The notes: a model not told the origin generated them from the sequence alone. Positions 13,001 through 26,332 are shown, numbered from the whole stretch's first letter. The stretch: DNA of 63,586 nucleotides, filler included, from Octopus bimaculoides (GCF_001194135.2; 3 parts of 2 records of this genome joined end to end with filler, not necessarily neighbours in it); one strand, 5' to 3'. Numbers and translations are program-made.

Positions 13001-14191
13001 TCTCAGCTACACATAATAAGCACTTTACAAAGATCACGTGCATTTCTGTGATTGGAAACAACCAGTCACAGAAATGCATTCGGTAGAAACTATTATAGTT
13101 GAAGCATGTAAGTTCGGCAGAACTTGAATAAAGAACTTTGCTGCTTCAGGCAGATACATGAAGAGAAAAAATATGAGTTAAAAGTTGTTTGAATGACATT
13201 GGTTAAGAATTATTCAAAGAAACATATTAATAAAAATGTATTATTTTTCTCACTTCCTTATGCACACGACAGTAAATAAAGCACGAAACTTTATTTATAA
13301 TAAAATTCTACATATTTGTTGTACATTGTCACCGCTTTTGATTATTAATGAACTTTGAATTATGGCATAAGCAATTTATGAAATTTCAGTTAAGTATTTT
13401 GAAAGTTTTGTGTTTGTTTGTTTTTTTTAATAATTATTAGATTTTTTTATTATGTTCATTTAGAGTGGTTTCGATTAACGTTGAGTTTATGGGGAAAATA
13501 ACCCTGCTAATCAGCATTTTGCTTTGTGATGTCTTCAGTAGTGAATAAAACGATATAGAAACAGAAACATAGACCTACGTGAACATATACATGCAGCCAA
13601 ACCCCAAAACAAAGTACCTTCTTTCACAAACAAAACAATAGATGTATACCTAGATACGCATATAGATATATAGACTCATTTACAAATTTACAATAAATAA
13701 CTAAACAACTAGGGAACATATTTCTTGTTAAAATTCTAAAATGATTACTTGTTCTTATATTGAATCCAGTTTCCCCTGCGATGAAATCTTCACTTTCAAC
13801 ATTACGAATGGATAGGTAAATTAGTAGCATTATACTAAACCAAATGCAACTGGCTTTTGCAATAATGTAACTTGCTAACTGTAAATGGAACTTAGATGTA
13901 GTCGTGATGAACGTAGTAAATGAAATTGCATTGTACTAGATAGAATGCGTTCTTTATTTAGTTTTGCATCTTAACTCTCTGATTCTATAAAGGTCCTTTT
14001 TTAATTCATGTGAGTCTCATTGAACCTATCGACGAATCTTTGACCTTTTCATACCTGATAATCCTTGTTGAGATGAAAATCCTATTAATAAAACCGAAGG
14101 TATTAAGCCTTTAACGGAAATATACATATTTCAGAAAAATATTTGGTAAAATATTTATTTGCTAAAATATAACTAACAGAAATACACACAA

Positions 14192-14212
14192 TATCTATCT
14201 ATCTATCAATCA

Positions 14213-14268
<56 letters not shown>

Positions 14269-14330
14269 GTTTGTCTATCTGTCTGTCTGTCTGTATGTAT
14301 GTATGTATGTATGTATGTATGTATGTATAT
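14192..14330. repeat. (TCTA)n(TCTG)n(TGTA)n
   Basis: Direct reading. Confidence 0.95.
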
Positions 14331-16679
14331 AGCGCAGATCAAATAACTAATACAACCTTACCCAGACATTATGCTTAGAAACTGAAAATTGCGAATTAAT
14401 TTATTGAGTTTGTTTGACAGCGGTAACACATATATTACATTATGTTATAAAAGCTATGACATTTCATTTCGTTAAATGGTTCGTTTAGACAACAAATAAA
14501 ACATAAAAATACTAAAAATACCAGGCCGAAATAATAAATAAAATACACAAGAAAAAATTATTGAACTGTAAACCCAGGTATAAAGTGGCATTATTAACTA
14601 ATTAGCTTTAATGCCTTACATGTAAAAAGCTTTTATCGCTCTTGCTTTTTTGGGTTTTTTTTTGTTTTTTTGCTTGATTTTTACTAGACGCAATGCAAAA
14701 GTATTTTTTCAAATTAAAAATATTTGTTTATTTTGAAATTTATCCATCTTCTCGAAATATTCAGAGAACTTAATAAAATGTTAACAACATGACTAGTCAA
14801 GGATGTTAGCATCATGGACAAGGTCACGAGAGTAATTCACACTGTGATTAGGAGTTTGCAATGATACGTGAATCCGCCTCTAGTAACTACAGTTGAGAAA
14901 TTCTGCCTGCTAGAAAAGCTGCCGAATTTCCCTCAAATTACACTTTACACTCTAATAAGGAACCCTGTTTTCTTTTCCTGGACACATCTGTATTTTCGTC
15001 ATCGTTTTATTAATTTAATACTCAAGAAAACAATTGAAATTATTATAACTACATCGTAGTTTATAGATCTAGTAGAGGTAGAATCAACAAAAAAGTACTC
15101 CATCCAGTGAGAGATAAATATAAATTTAATTCACATACTGAAAGAGCTGTTAATAGTTTCATGCTTTTATGATACTTTAACAAGCATATTTATAAAATAA
15201 GTCATGCATCTCCAAGCAATTTTTCAGGTTCCGTTTTTATGCGTTATATATATTTTAAAAAGCAAGGAAGCCGGACAGTGAGAAAATAAATAAAAAACGT
15301 GGAAAACCTTGAAGAAGGTTAGTGTAAAAAATGGAACGAGAAAAAAGACAAAGGAACGAAATAAAACAAACTAAGATCCCCGTCCGCTCTGACTAAAGAA
15401 ATTTCTAGCAGGTGTAAACACATGGACAGCTTTCTTTTATCGAATTGGAGGACACCACCTGCTTCGGACTGAGACGCTGTGTCGTAGACTTTGACATATT
15501 TTCTGTTATTTTCTTCTATACCAGATGTATTGAATGTGCTTTTTACAATCAAGGTGGACGTGATTTTCTTGATTACGTTTCTTTTTTTATTTTTTCTCAG
15601 TTCATTTTTGCACCAATCTTCTTCATATATATTTTTTTCTTATTTTCTCACAGTCCAGCGTCCTTGCTTTTCCAAATATATACAATGCATAAACAGGACC
15701 TGAAAGATTGCTTGGGGATACGCGGCATATTTCATAAATATGTCTCTTCAAGTATCATAATAGCATGAAACTATTAGCAGCATTTTCGGTTGTACATTAT
15801 GTATATATATATATATATATATATNNNNNNNNNNNNNNNNNNNNNNNNNNNNNNNNNNNNNNNNNNNNNNNNNNNNNNNNNNNNNNNNNNNNNNNNNNNN
15901 NNNNNNNNNNNNNNNNNNNNNNNNNNNNNNNNNNNNNNNNNNNNNNNNNNNNNNNNNNNNNNNNNNNNNNNNNNNNNNNNNNNNNNNNNNNNNNNNNNNN
16001 NNNNNNNNNNNNNNNNTGGACAAAATAAGAAACAAGAACATAAAAAGCAAAAACATGGAAAAACTTTTTCCTAACAACGAAAAAAATAAGAGAGAAACGA
16101 GACATGCAACATAAAAAACATTCCCTTCTTCAGCTGTCCCCTGTTTTATCTACTCCGCGTTTCGAAGTTAAGGACAACGCGCGTCTTCGTTAAAACAGTC
16201 CTTCCCGCAAAGCAAATTAAATAAAATTTGGGATTTTTTGCTGAGGGTGAAAGTGGTAACAAAAACAGGACAGTGAGAACAAAACAGTAAAATCAAACGG
16301 GGAGGGCTGTTAAGCCAAGACGATGTGAAGTAGGGAACGCTGGAAAAACGAGCTTTGAGAAGAGACAGATAAAAGTACGCCTTGTCTTTAGGAAGGAAGT
16401 GGAAGAAAGAAAAATGGATGGCCGTTAGTCACGTGTGAGCAACGAGAGATTCAAGGAGGAAGAGTGAGAGAAAGAAGGAACGGTGAAGGGAAGAGAAGAA
16501 TAGGGAAAGGGTGGGAGAGAAAAACAGAAAGGAAGAACAAGAGAGGGAGATAGATAGACAGAAAAGAGATAGAATAAGAGTGCGCATCGTAATTACTAAG
16601 ATAAAACTTACTTGGAAAAGGATGCGTGGCGTTCGATCATATAAGTACATATATTTGTGTTTGATTTTGCCCTTCTCCT

Positions 16680-17015
16680 CACACACCGGTGTTGGCTTCC
16701 TTATGTCTCTGTAACTAGGGATTGATAGAAAATACAAAAGAATAAGTACATGACTTAAAAAGAACAAGTACTGGAGTCGATTTGTTCGACTAAATTCTTC
16801 AAAGAGGTCACCCGCATGACAACGGTTCCATGACTAAAACACGTAAAAATTAAAAGAATATACACGCAAATATCCACTGAGTTTCCACTAAATTTCCATC
16901 TACCAAGTTCTACTCAAATGGTATGGGTTAAGACACTTGTTCAAGGTACCACGCGGTGGAATTCAACCCAGAAAGTTGTGCGTGCAAAGTCACTGCGTGT
17001 CTTGTAAGGACTTTA
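16680..17015. mobile_element. Two degraded SINE family B fragments in opposite orientations
   Basis: Tail-like aagtactggagtcgatttgttcgactaaa (+) and head-like aaatccactgag...gacacttgttcaaggtaccacgcggtggaattcaaccc (-). Confidence 0.65.
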
Positions 17016-17571
17016 TTGATTTGCTTACAATTAGGGGGAGCAGAACCGTTCATAAGTGACAGTTCCTTTACATTGAAATAGTTAGAATTCCTCAAAAACA
17101 TTACACAAATAAAGAAACCTGAATCTGTCATATATTATTCAGCTTCCAGGAATTCGGCACTTCTTGTGTTAGCAACTGGCTGTTCAAAGGCGATAATATC
17201 ACTTATCTGCATGAATAATGTTTGATAGTCTTCTTTATTAAAAGAAAATTCAAAGCATATTTTAATTATGTAAATTGTGTGTTTTTCGTCGAGGCTTTAA
17301 CTCTTTCACTTATAAATTGATCTGATCTATCTATCCATTGCTTTTCTATATCTTGAAACTAAAATCTGTATAACCAACACAACAGCAGCATGACAACCAA
17401 CGCCAATGTCTCCACCAAATGGTTCATTTATTTATTGATGTGTGGAATAGAGTTACGTCATCATACGTGTGTGAATATCAATCTTAATTGGCATATGACG
17501 TAGGCTTGTAAATCGGACAGGAATCCATGTATGTGTGGGGACACTCGCGTGTATATCTTTTATCATTTTTA

Positions 17572-17752
17572 TTTTAAACTTGTTTCAGTCATTAAACTGC
17601 AGCCGTGCTGCGGCACCACCTTGAGCGAATTTTAATCGAATGAATCGACTCTAGTACTTTTTTAACAGTCTAGTACGAACAGCTAAGCTACAGGTACGTA
17701 AACATATACTAACATTTGACAAGCGGTGGAATGGAGCAAACACAGACACAAA

Positions 17753-17806
<54 letters not shown>

Positions 17807-17955
17807 ACGGGCTTCTTCCTGTTTCCGCCTACCAAATCCACTCACAAGGCTTTAGTCGGCCTGAGGCTATAGTAGAGGCACTTGCTGAAGTTGCCAGGCA
17901 GTGGAACTGAATTTGGGATCATGTGGCTGGAAAGCAAGCTGATTACCACACAGCT
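17572..17955 (-). mobile_element. SINE family B copy with central (TA)n
   Basis: ttgtttcagtcatt...gacgggcttcttcctgtttccgcctaccaaatccactcacaaggc...accacacagc. Confidence 0.9.
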
Positions 17956-18294
17956 GAAGTAAAGCTGAAATAACTTAGATGGTATTTCAAACACCTATTT
18001 TGACGTAATGAAGCAGAAAGAGTACAACAGAAGGTAGAGGAGAACATGGGAGAGAGAGAAAGAGGTTCAATCATTAGCAGACAATTTTGTTTAAAAGGCA
18101 ACTGGAATATGATCGTTCGTCACACTGAAAATAATAAGCAAATCTATTTAAGAAAATAAAACAACAAAATTCACTAAGTGCAAAAATAAGAATGATCTCT
18201 TACGCGACCTTTCCAACTGCTTAAATCAGCAGCCGAATTTCCTTCACATTATTTTTGCTCTCCACTATCTGTAAGAAAAAGACAAGGAACCAAA

Positions 18295-18600
18295 CAAGCC
18301 TCTACACATTTTGTTTTGTTATCTGGCCAAAGTTTTTGACATCATACACTGCATAGCACCGTGGAAAATACTTCCGAAACGTAACATTCTGCCAAAATTT
18401 CTTTTCCAGAATTCATTCCTTTTATGACAAGGGGGAATTACAACCATTTGAAGTCCGTGGCGGTGTGAAACAAGAGAACGCCCTTACATCAGTCTTTTCC
18501 CCAATATACCTCTGAGCTGTTCATCTACCTGCTGTAAATGAAAATGAAGCTTCTTCAGAAGCAGAACTTAACAATCACTTACGATGGAGGTGTCTTCTAT
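18295..18600 (+). pseudogene. Degraded RTE-clade reverse transcriptase fragment
   Basis: KPLHILFCYLAKVFDIIHCIAPWKILPKRNILPKF and FEVRGGVKQENALTSVF align by eye to the RT motifs F.DL.KAFD and GV.QG..L.P.LF. Confidence 0.7.
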
Positions 18601-18938
18601 CATAACTGATTGTTAAGTTCTAAGGAAAGCGATTTTCTCAAATTTTAAGACATAAACAAACGCTATATCAGAAGTGAAGTAAGCGGATGACAAATGAATG
18701 TCCAACAAATAAGTGACTCTTGGTTTCAGAATATGAAAATAACAAATTTGGCAGATTAGTAGATAGATATGCAGAAAGAGATAGAATGGTAGAGAAAAAT
18801 AATGAAAGAAGGAAAGATTGGAAACATGGAAAGAAAGGTATGTAGAGAAAAGGATAGCGAGATAGTTAAGAAAATTATAAACAGAAAAAGCAATAGAAAG
18901 GTAAGTACAAGGAAGAAAGGAAGGAAGAAAGAAAGAAA

Positions 18939-18939
18939 T

Positions 18940-19020
<81 letters not shown>

Positions 19021-19025
19021 CAGAC

Positions 19026-19072
<47 letters not shown>

Positions 19073-19075
19073 GAA
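18939..19075. repeat. (GATA)n
   Basis: Direct reading. Confidence 0.97.
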
Positions 19076-19894
19076 GGAAAGAGAATCAGAGAGATAATTT
19101 ACGCACAGCAGCCTGAAAGAAAACAAGACTTAGACAAACTAAGAGCTGGAAAACCACTATTCGGAAAAAAGAGGTGACTTGCGGAAGGGAAAAATGGAAG
19201 GGTGATGGTGGATTGAGAGAAAAACAGAAAGTGAGAGAGAGGGAGAGGGAGGGAGAGAGAGAAAGAGAGAGAGAGAAAGGATGTTTGTAGCGATAAAACA
19301 CAATACGAAATAGTGAAACGAAGAGAGGGCTAGAAAGAAAGTAATAAACGACAAGGTACAAGGAAGGAAGTAAGAGTAGAAGGATAAAGATGCAAAACTT
19401 GAAAGTAAGACATGTAAACTGGATGTCAATACTAACATCTGTGTGCAAAAGATAAATTATAAGTTTGGTTGAAAGGTGATAACTATGTATCAAATAATTT
19501 TCATGCAAAAGAAAAATGTAAAGACTAAATATTATTTAATTAATCATACAGAATAGGAATAAAGTTACACGACTATTTCTGTCAGAATGAAGTGGAGTAA
19601 TAAAGACAAGTTTGTAGCAAATGCACAGAAGAATTATGACGAGAAGTAATTACAATGACAAATAACGAGAAAAACACATTGAAAAATAAAAACCAGACTG
19701 TAAAAGGAATATGCTGAAAAAGAAAAAAAATGAACTAAAATTATGAATTACGTTGGAATATATTTAGAAATTCTTAAAAAACTGGTCGATTAAATGCGAA
19801 TATTTTTGTAAATATTTTACTTTTATAATCTTCATCACTTAACACAATTTGTGGTAAGCTACTACTGCTGCTCCTGCTGCTGCTACTTCACACA

Positions 19895-20791
19895 ATAATG
19901 GTTTCAAATTTTGAAAAAGGCCGGCATTTTCGGAGAGGGGCTAAGTCGATTACATAGACTCCAGTGCTGAACTGGTAGTTATTTTATCAACCGCGGAAAG
20001 ATGAAAGGCAAAATCATCAGTAGATGAATTAGAACTCAGAACGCAAGGTCGGACGAAATGCCGCTAAGTATTTTGCCCGGCGTGCGAACGATTCTGCCAG
20101 CACGCTGCCTAATCTACAACTCAAAAACCTTTCTATTAAACGCACAAGGGCTGAAATTTTGGGGGAGGGGATGAGTCGATTATATCGACCCCAGTGTTTC
20201 ACTGGTACTTAATTCATCGAGCCCGAAAGGATGAAAGGCAAAGTCGACCTCGGCAGAATTTGAACTCAGAATGTAGCAACAGACGAAATACCTCTAAGCA
20301 TTTTGCCCGGCGTGGTAACGATTCTGCCAGCTCGCCGCCTTAATAATAATAATTTCAAATTTGGGCACCAGGATAGTAATTTTGGGAGAGAGGACTAGTC
20401 AATTACATCGATCCCAGTTATCTGCTGGTACATATTTTATCGACACTGAGTGGAGGAAACGCAAATTCGACCTAGGTGGAATTTGAATTCAAAACGTAAA
20501 GACAGACGAAATGACGCTATGCATTTTCTCCGGCGTGCTAAGGGTTCAGCCAACTCACCGCCTTGATATAACAATATTTTTTTCTATTGTAGGCACAAGA
20601 CTTGAAACGTGAGAGGAAGGAGGGGATAGTCAATTACATCGACCCCAGTGCTCGATTGATACTTACTTCATTGACGCCGAAATAATGAAAGGCAAAGCTG
20701 ACCTCAACAAACACTGAACTTAGAAGGTATAGACAAAGAAAGACGCTAAGCATTTTATTCGGCGTGCTAACGATTCTGCTAGCTGGCACCT
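19895..20791 (-). mobile_element. Head-to-tail array of four SINE family A copies
   Basis: Copies at about 19898-20110, 20130-20340, 20350-20564 and 20585-20791; each has gaaaggcaaa(g)tcgacctcggc..gaatttgaactcagaa...cggcgtg(c)taacg. Confidence 0.9.
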
Positions 20792-22262
20792 TAATATAAT
20801 AATAATCGTAAGATTCCACTTTAATTGCCTTTTTCAGAACAAACCACCATTTGTTGTTGACGATTGACTCCGTCAACGCCCGCTTAACTAATTCTCTAGT
20901 CCGGTCTCTGTCAGTCTGGCATGCCGCGAGTAACGCATTCAGCCCCCAGTAACCGGGTCCCTGCCTACGAAGTTTATCTAAGTGGACCGTACAGATCCCA
21001 GATTTGTGGTCTGTGGAGCCGACAATTTTAAAAAGTTGACAACTCTTATTATCTAAAGGTCTACAGAATAGTCTATCGAGATACGTCCTAGATGATCCAA
21101 TGCTGTTGGTCTATGTTCACACTGGCACATTCTGGAAATCTAATCAGTAAAATAGTCATGATATATGAGAGGTAAACATATTTATTTAACCACTAGACAT
21201 CTTTCTAGTTACAGCCGTTTCGCAGCCTTCTTCATGAAGTATTAATTTGTGTATATGATAAATTATGCCTACGTGTCTGCATTAATATGCATGATACTCA
21301 TTATAAAATTCAATTGTATTACTTTTATGGTCTATATATTCCATCCAACAAAATATCTAAATATGCAAATATCTTTACTTTTCTTGTATGTATATGTATG
21401 TATATTTTTACTTATATATATATATATATATATATATNNNNNNNNNNNNNNNNNNNNNNNNNNNNNNNNNNNNNNNNNNNNNNNNNNNNNNNNNNNNNNN
21501 NNNNNNNNNNNNNNNNNNNNNNNNNNNNNNNNNNNNNNNNNNNNNNNNNNNNNNNNNNNNNNNNNNNNNNNNNNNNNNNNNNNNNNNNNNNNNNNNNNNN
21601 NNNNNNNNNNNNNNNNNNNNNNNNNNNNNNNNNNNNNNNNNNNNNNNNNNNNNNNNNNNNNATTTTTACTTTTATATGCATATTATTTACATTTAAATCT
21701 TACTATATATTTTGGGAATTGCATATCTTTTACTTCTTTATATTTATATATATTATATATGCTTAAATTCTTATTTATATTTGCAAATCAAATATCGTAC
21801 TTTTTTCTATGTATCAATGAGCTATTCCGCGTCGGTCAACGGAGTGATATTTGATCACTTTATAGAGTGTCGGTTTGGTGTCTGGAATGGGATAGCTTTT
21901 TAACCTTGGTTGGTAATCTACCTAGTTGAAGGAAACCTGAGGCCTTGGAACTACCTGATTTTGTCAATTTTCATATCACACCGGCGAGATTCTTCTTCAG
22001 CCAATAAGTGGGGGTGGTGCAGTGCAAGCTACACCCACTGAAAATTATTCACCTGCACAGGTACTTCCTGTACACCAAATCTTAATAAAATCATTGAATT
22101 GGTTGATTGGTAGAAACCTAAAAATGCAATTATAACTTACTATAAAGGTTTCAAACAGATTCAGTACATTGCAAAAAAGGCTTGGGAACGTCGGGAGAAT
22201 AGGTCTGGCTTAGAAGGTGTCCCAGTGTATCACAGGCTGGGTCTGGTCGTCATCCTGCCACT

Positions 22263-23229
22263 GTGGTCAAACAATCATCAGGAAAAATTAAAAATAAACA
22301 TCCTTTGAATTTTGGATGTTGGACTCTGCACACACGTCTTGGTGATACTTTCAACAAGAAGCCAGAAAGGCGTACTGCACTTATTGCATGTGACCTTAAG
22401 AAATATTCCCTTGATATAATTGCGCTCTCTGAAAATCGTCTCTCTCGTGAAGGTCAAGTAAATGAACCTACTTATGGATATGCTAACTTTTGGAGAGGCC
22501 TACCTAAGGGTCAGCGTAGAGAATCTGGTGTTGAGTTTGCTCTCAAGAATACATTAGTGTCCTCCATTGCAGAGCTTCCAAGTGGTATATCTGAACGGAC
22601 CATGTCATGCCATATTAAACTGATAAAAGGTAGGTTTCTTACCGTTTTCAATATCTATGCACCAACAATGTCCCATTCTGATGAAACTGTAAAGCAGTTT
22701 TATGATGATCTAGCACAATTATTGAGGAAAGTACCAATTTCTGACAATTTGGTCGTACTGGGAGATTTCAAAGCAAGATTTGGAAAGGGCTAAGTTTGAT
22801 GGCCTGTTTTAGGTCGACATGGAATTGGAAAATGTAATAAAAATGGAGTAGCTCTTTTAATGTTTTGTACTGAGAATAGTCTAGTTGTAACCAATACTCT
22901 CCTTAAAGAGAAAAATAAATATAAAACCACTTGGATGCACCCAAGATCTAACCATTGGCATCCCATTGATTATATTCTGATCAGAAAACGTGATATGAAA
23001 GATGTTTTAGTGTTCGGGCTATGAGAGGAACAGAGAGTTGAACTGACCATCATCTAGTGCGTGGAACAATAGATTTTTCGATAATACCTAAAAATCGACA
23101 GTCTGGTCCTAAGGTACCAAAAAGTTAAATTTTGCAAAATTTAAATTATCAAGCAACTTGCAAAGATTCCACAATGTTATAGAAAGTATCAACCTTGACT
23201 TAAACAATCTACGGGAAGATTTCAAAACA
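22263..23229 (+). pseudogene. RTE-clade LINE, apurinic endonuclease (APE) domain, disrupted
   Basis: [68 protein letters not shown]: canonical RTE APE motifs; stops and frameshifts after 22793. Confidence 0.95.
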
Positions 23230-23231
23230 AA

Positions 23232-23633
23232 ACTAGATAAGCACTCGGAGAGCGCAGACCTCCGCCAAGCAGCTCATTTTAAGATAGATACGCGAGTAAA
23301 ATTATTAATAGAGAAACGAAAATAGACATTAGAAACATTAACGCCACCATAGGTTACGTGGAAACGATGAACGTGTTTCAAGGGAGATAATCAAAGAACG
23401 TAACATTAATACTTCATGTAAAGTAAATATAACAAATAAAAAATCCTTCAAGAATCCATAAAAATTCCTGGATCACTACCGAAGTTTCATCATCTGTTCC
23501 TTGTGTCATTACTAATGTTTCCTCTAAGTTCCATTAAACACCGTTCAAAACTGTTTGAGTTATTTTGCAGACAGACGGATAGACGGACAAACCAACGCCG
23601 ATGAAAACATAACCTTCTTCCTTGGCGGAGGTA
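23232..23633. mobile_element. Helentron-associated non-autonomous element (HINE/DINE-1-like) inserted in the RTE ORF
   Basis: 12-bp subterminal inverted repeat ACCTCCGCCAAG (23258-23269) / CTTGGCGGAGGT (23621-23632); (AGAC/GGAC)n near the right end; no TSD; removal restores the frame REDFKTKLFQAASSSVGF. Confidence 0.8.
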
Positions 23634-25930
23634 ATTATTTCAGGCTGCAAGTTCTTCAGTGGGATTTAAATCACGTAAGTCCAGTGTCTGGTTCTCAGAT
23701 AGATCAGCAGAAACTCATTATCTACTTTTATAAAAACAAAACTTAGGTCATACACTTCTTTCTCAGTCCTTGAACCCCAGCTCAAACGAAACTTACAGAA
23801 AGCTTAAAAGGAAAGTGCAGACTGCTCTAAGGAAAATTAAACAGGAATGATGAAATGACACAGCAAAATGGAGCACAAGAAGCAGCTGATAGAAATGATG
23901 CAAGGGTTTGTACTCATATGTTAAGGAGGTATATGGCCCCAAATCTTCTTCAATAGCTCCTGTGAGAACAGCAAATGGACGTTTGCTTCTGACACCGCTT
24001 CTATTCATAAGAGCTGGGTAGAACATTTTTCTGCTCTTTTGAATAGACCATCATCCGCTGACATGATCACGATAGAAAAAATCAAATACCTTCCAGTTAT
24101 AGAAGAGATGGTATTTAAACCAATTCTAAATGACATTTACTTAGCTGTGAATAAGCTGGATAACAATAAGTCTCCAGGGTCTGATAGAATCTGTGCAGAA
24201 GTCTTGAAATATGAGGGTGACAAAATGTTTGAACTCTTAAATATATTAATTTCTCACTGTTGGAGAACTGAGAAAGTGTCTCAAAACTGGATTCAGCCAT
24301 TTTAGTATCTTTGTATAAATTGGGGCCAAAGGATCTGTGTGGTAATTTTCGTGGGATTTCGCTTTTGTCTGTGGTTGGAAAGGTACATGTCTGCATTTTG
24401 TTAGAACATTTGAATACCTTCATAGTTCCAAATATAGTGTCTGAGTCTCAGTGTGTTTTTTCTTCCACCAGGGGCACAGTTGATTGTATCTTTACTATCA
24501 GACAATTACAAGAAAAATGCATTGAACAGAATCTTTCTCTGTACCATTGCTTTGTTGATTTGAGCAAAGCATTCGATACTTTTAATCGAAATTCTCTGTG
24601 GCTAATTCTAAAGAAAATAGGTTGCCCAGAAAGATTTGTAAACATGATCAGAGTTTTGCATAAAGATATGAAAGCTAGAGTTAACTTTGGTGGTAGGATC
24701 TCTGAATCTTTTGCTGTGGAAAATGGAGTAAGGCAAGGTGACATTGATGAACCCACTCTCTTTGCAATATACTTTGCTGTTGCGTTGTCACATGCTTTTC
24801 AAAACTCTGAGAAGGGTATATACATAAAATATCGAACAGCAGGGAACGTTTTTAATCTGACCAGATTGAAATTCAAAACGAAGGTTTTTACTTTACGCAT
24901 TAGGGAACTTTTATACGCTGATGATTGAAACAGGTCTGCAATCTCCTGTATCTGCATTTGACTCAGCTTGTGATGATTTTTGCTTGACCATCAACTTGAA
25001 AAAAAACAGTTGGAATGCGTCAACCTGCGTGTGGTGCTGTTTGTGACCCCCTCCTCCTACAATTTTTATTAAGGGTAAGTTACTTGAGGTTGTCGATTCG
25101 TTCATCTACTTTGGAAGCCCTGTACAAAGTGATGGAAAACTTGATACAGAAATACATCTGCGAATTCAAAGGGCAGCAAAGGCATTTGGTGGCTTGGAGT
25201 CACGCGTTTCGTGCCAATGACATATAAATAAGAAAACAAAGCATTTGTCTTAACATCCCAGTTGTATTCTTGTGAAACATGGACTTGTTATGAAAGGCAT
25301 TTTAAATTGTTAGAACAATTCCATCAAAAATGCCTTCATCGTATTTTAAGCATTAAACGGAGTTCTTTTACTCCAAACACACATTTCCTTGCATCTGCAG
25401 GCATCACCCCAATTAAAGCTATGATTTTAAGGAACCAAATGGGATGGTGGGGTCATATTGTTCGAATGTAGATGAACGCATGCCGAAACAGATGTTTTAT
25501 GGTGAACTTGCACAGGGAAACCCTATCGGCGTAAACCTAAATAAAAGGTTTAAGGACGGCATAAGGACTACTATGAAGTCACTTGGAATGGATCCAGAAG
25601 ATATAGAACGTCTTCGTATCGAAGTGGATGGCGAACAAAAGTGTGAAGTGGAGTGAAAGCGTTTGAAGAGGGCAGGATAACGCATGTAAGACTCAAAAGA
25701 GATCTAAGGAAGAATGAAACAATCGGGAAGGTGAATGACAATGACCTTTCTGTATGCACAGTTTGTGACAGACCATGCCTTTCTTTTGCTGGGCTCAAAT
25801 CTCATTTGCGAACCTATGGAAGACAAACCTACACCAACTATTCTGCCCATATGTCTGTGCACACCTTTGAATGTAGTGTATGCTACAAGGTTTGTAAATC
25901 TAACGGAGGCTTCAAAGGACATTTTAAGTA
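23634..25930 (+). pseudogene. RTE-clade LINE, linker + reverse transcriptase + C-terminal C2H2 region, disrupted
   Basis: VWFSD, KEVYGP, NNKSPGSDRICAE, GNFRGISLLSVVGK, FVDLSKAFDT, GVRQGDIDEPTLF, LLYADD, LTINLKK, YSCETWT, WWGHIVRM, CTVCDRPCLSFAGLKSHLRT; multiple stops and frameshifts. Confidence 0.97.
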
Positions 25931-26332
25931 TGTGTTATATTATGTAGATTCCGAATATACAAAAGTTTTGGGTGAAAATGTTTTAGGAGAGGTGGGGTGG
26001 TGAATTTCGGAAAATTCACCGGAGTCCATTTCAATTCATCTTAACTTTTAAGAAAATGGATGTTTTAAAATCAAATTCTCTACAAACACGCCTCGGACTA
26101 TGTAGATTCCGAGGACATAGGAATTTTGGGGGGAAGCAATTGGGTGTTATTTTTGAGAACTGTTCCCCACTCGGGGGTGTTTCGGAACAAGTCCTGCATA
26201 TTTGTTTCATTTTCTCCGTTTTGTGCGTTTTAATGTATAGATACACAATCATATATACGTAGTAGATAGATACCTACATAAGCACATTCGACCGCACGCA
26301 CACCAATACACTCAAATAAGAAAGTTTTCATG

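Noticed and set aside
22263-25930. Active or domesticated RTE
   Set aside because: Numerous stops and frameshifts, a stop right after YADD, and a 402-bp insertion.
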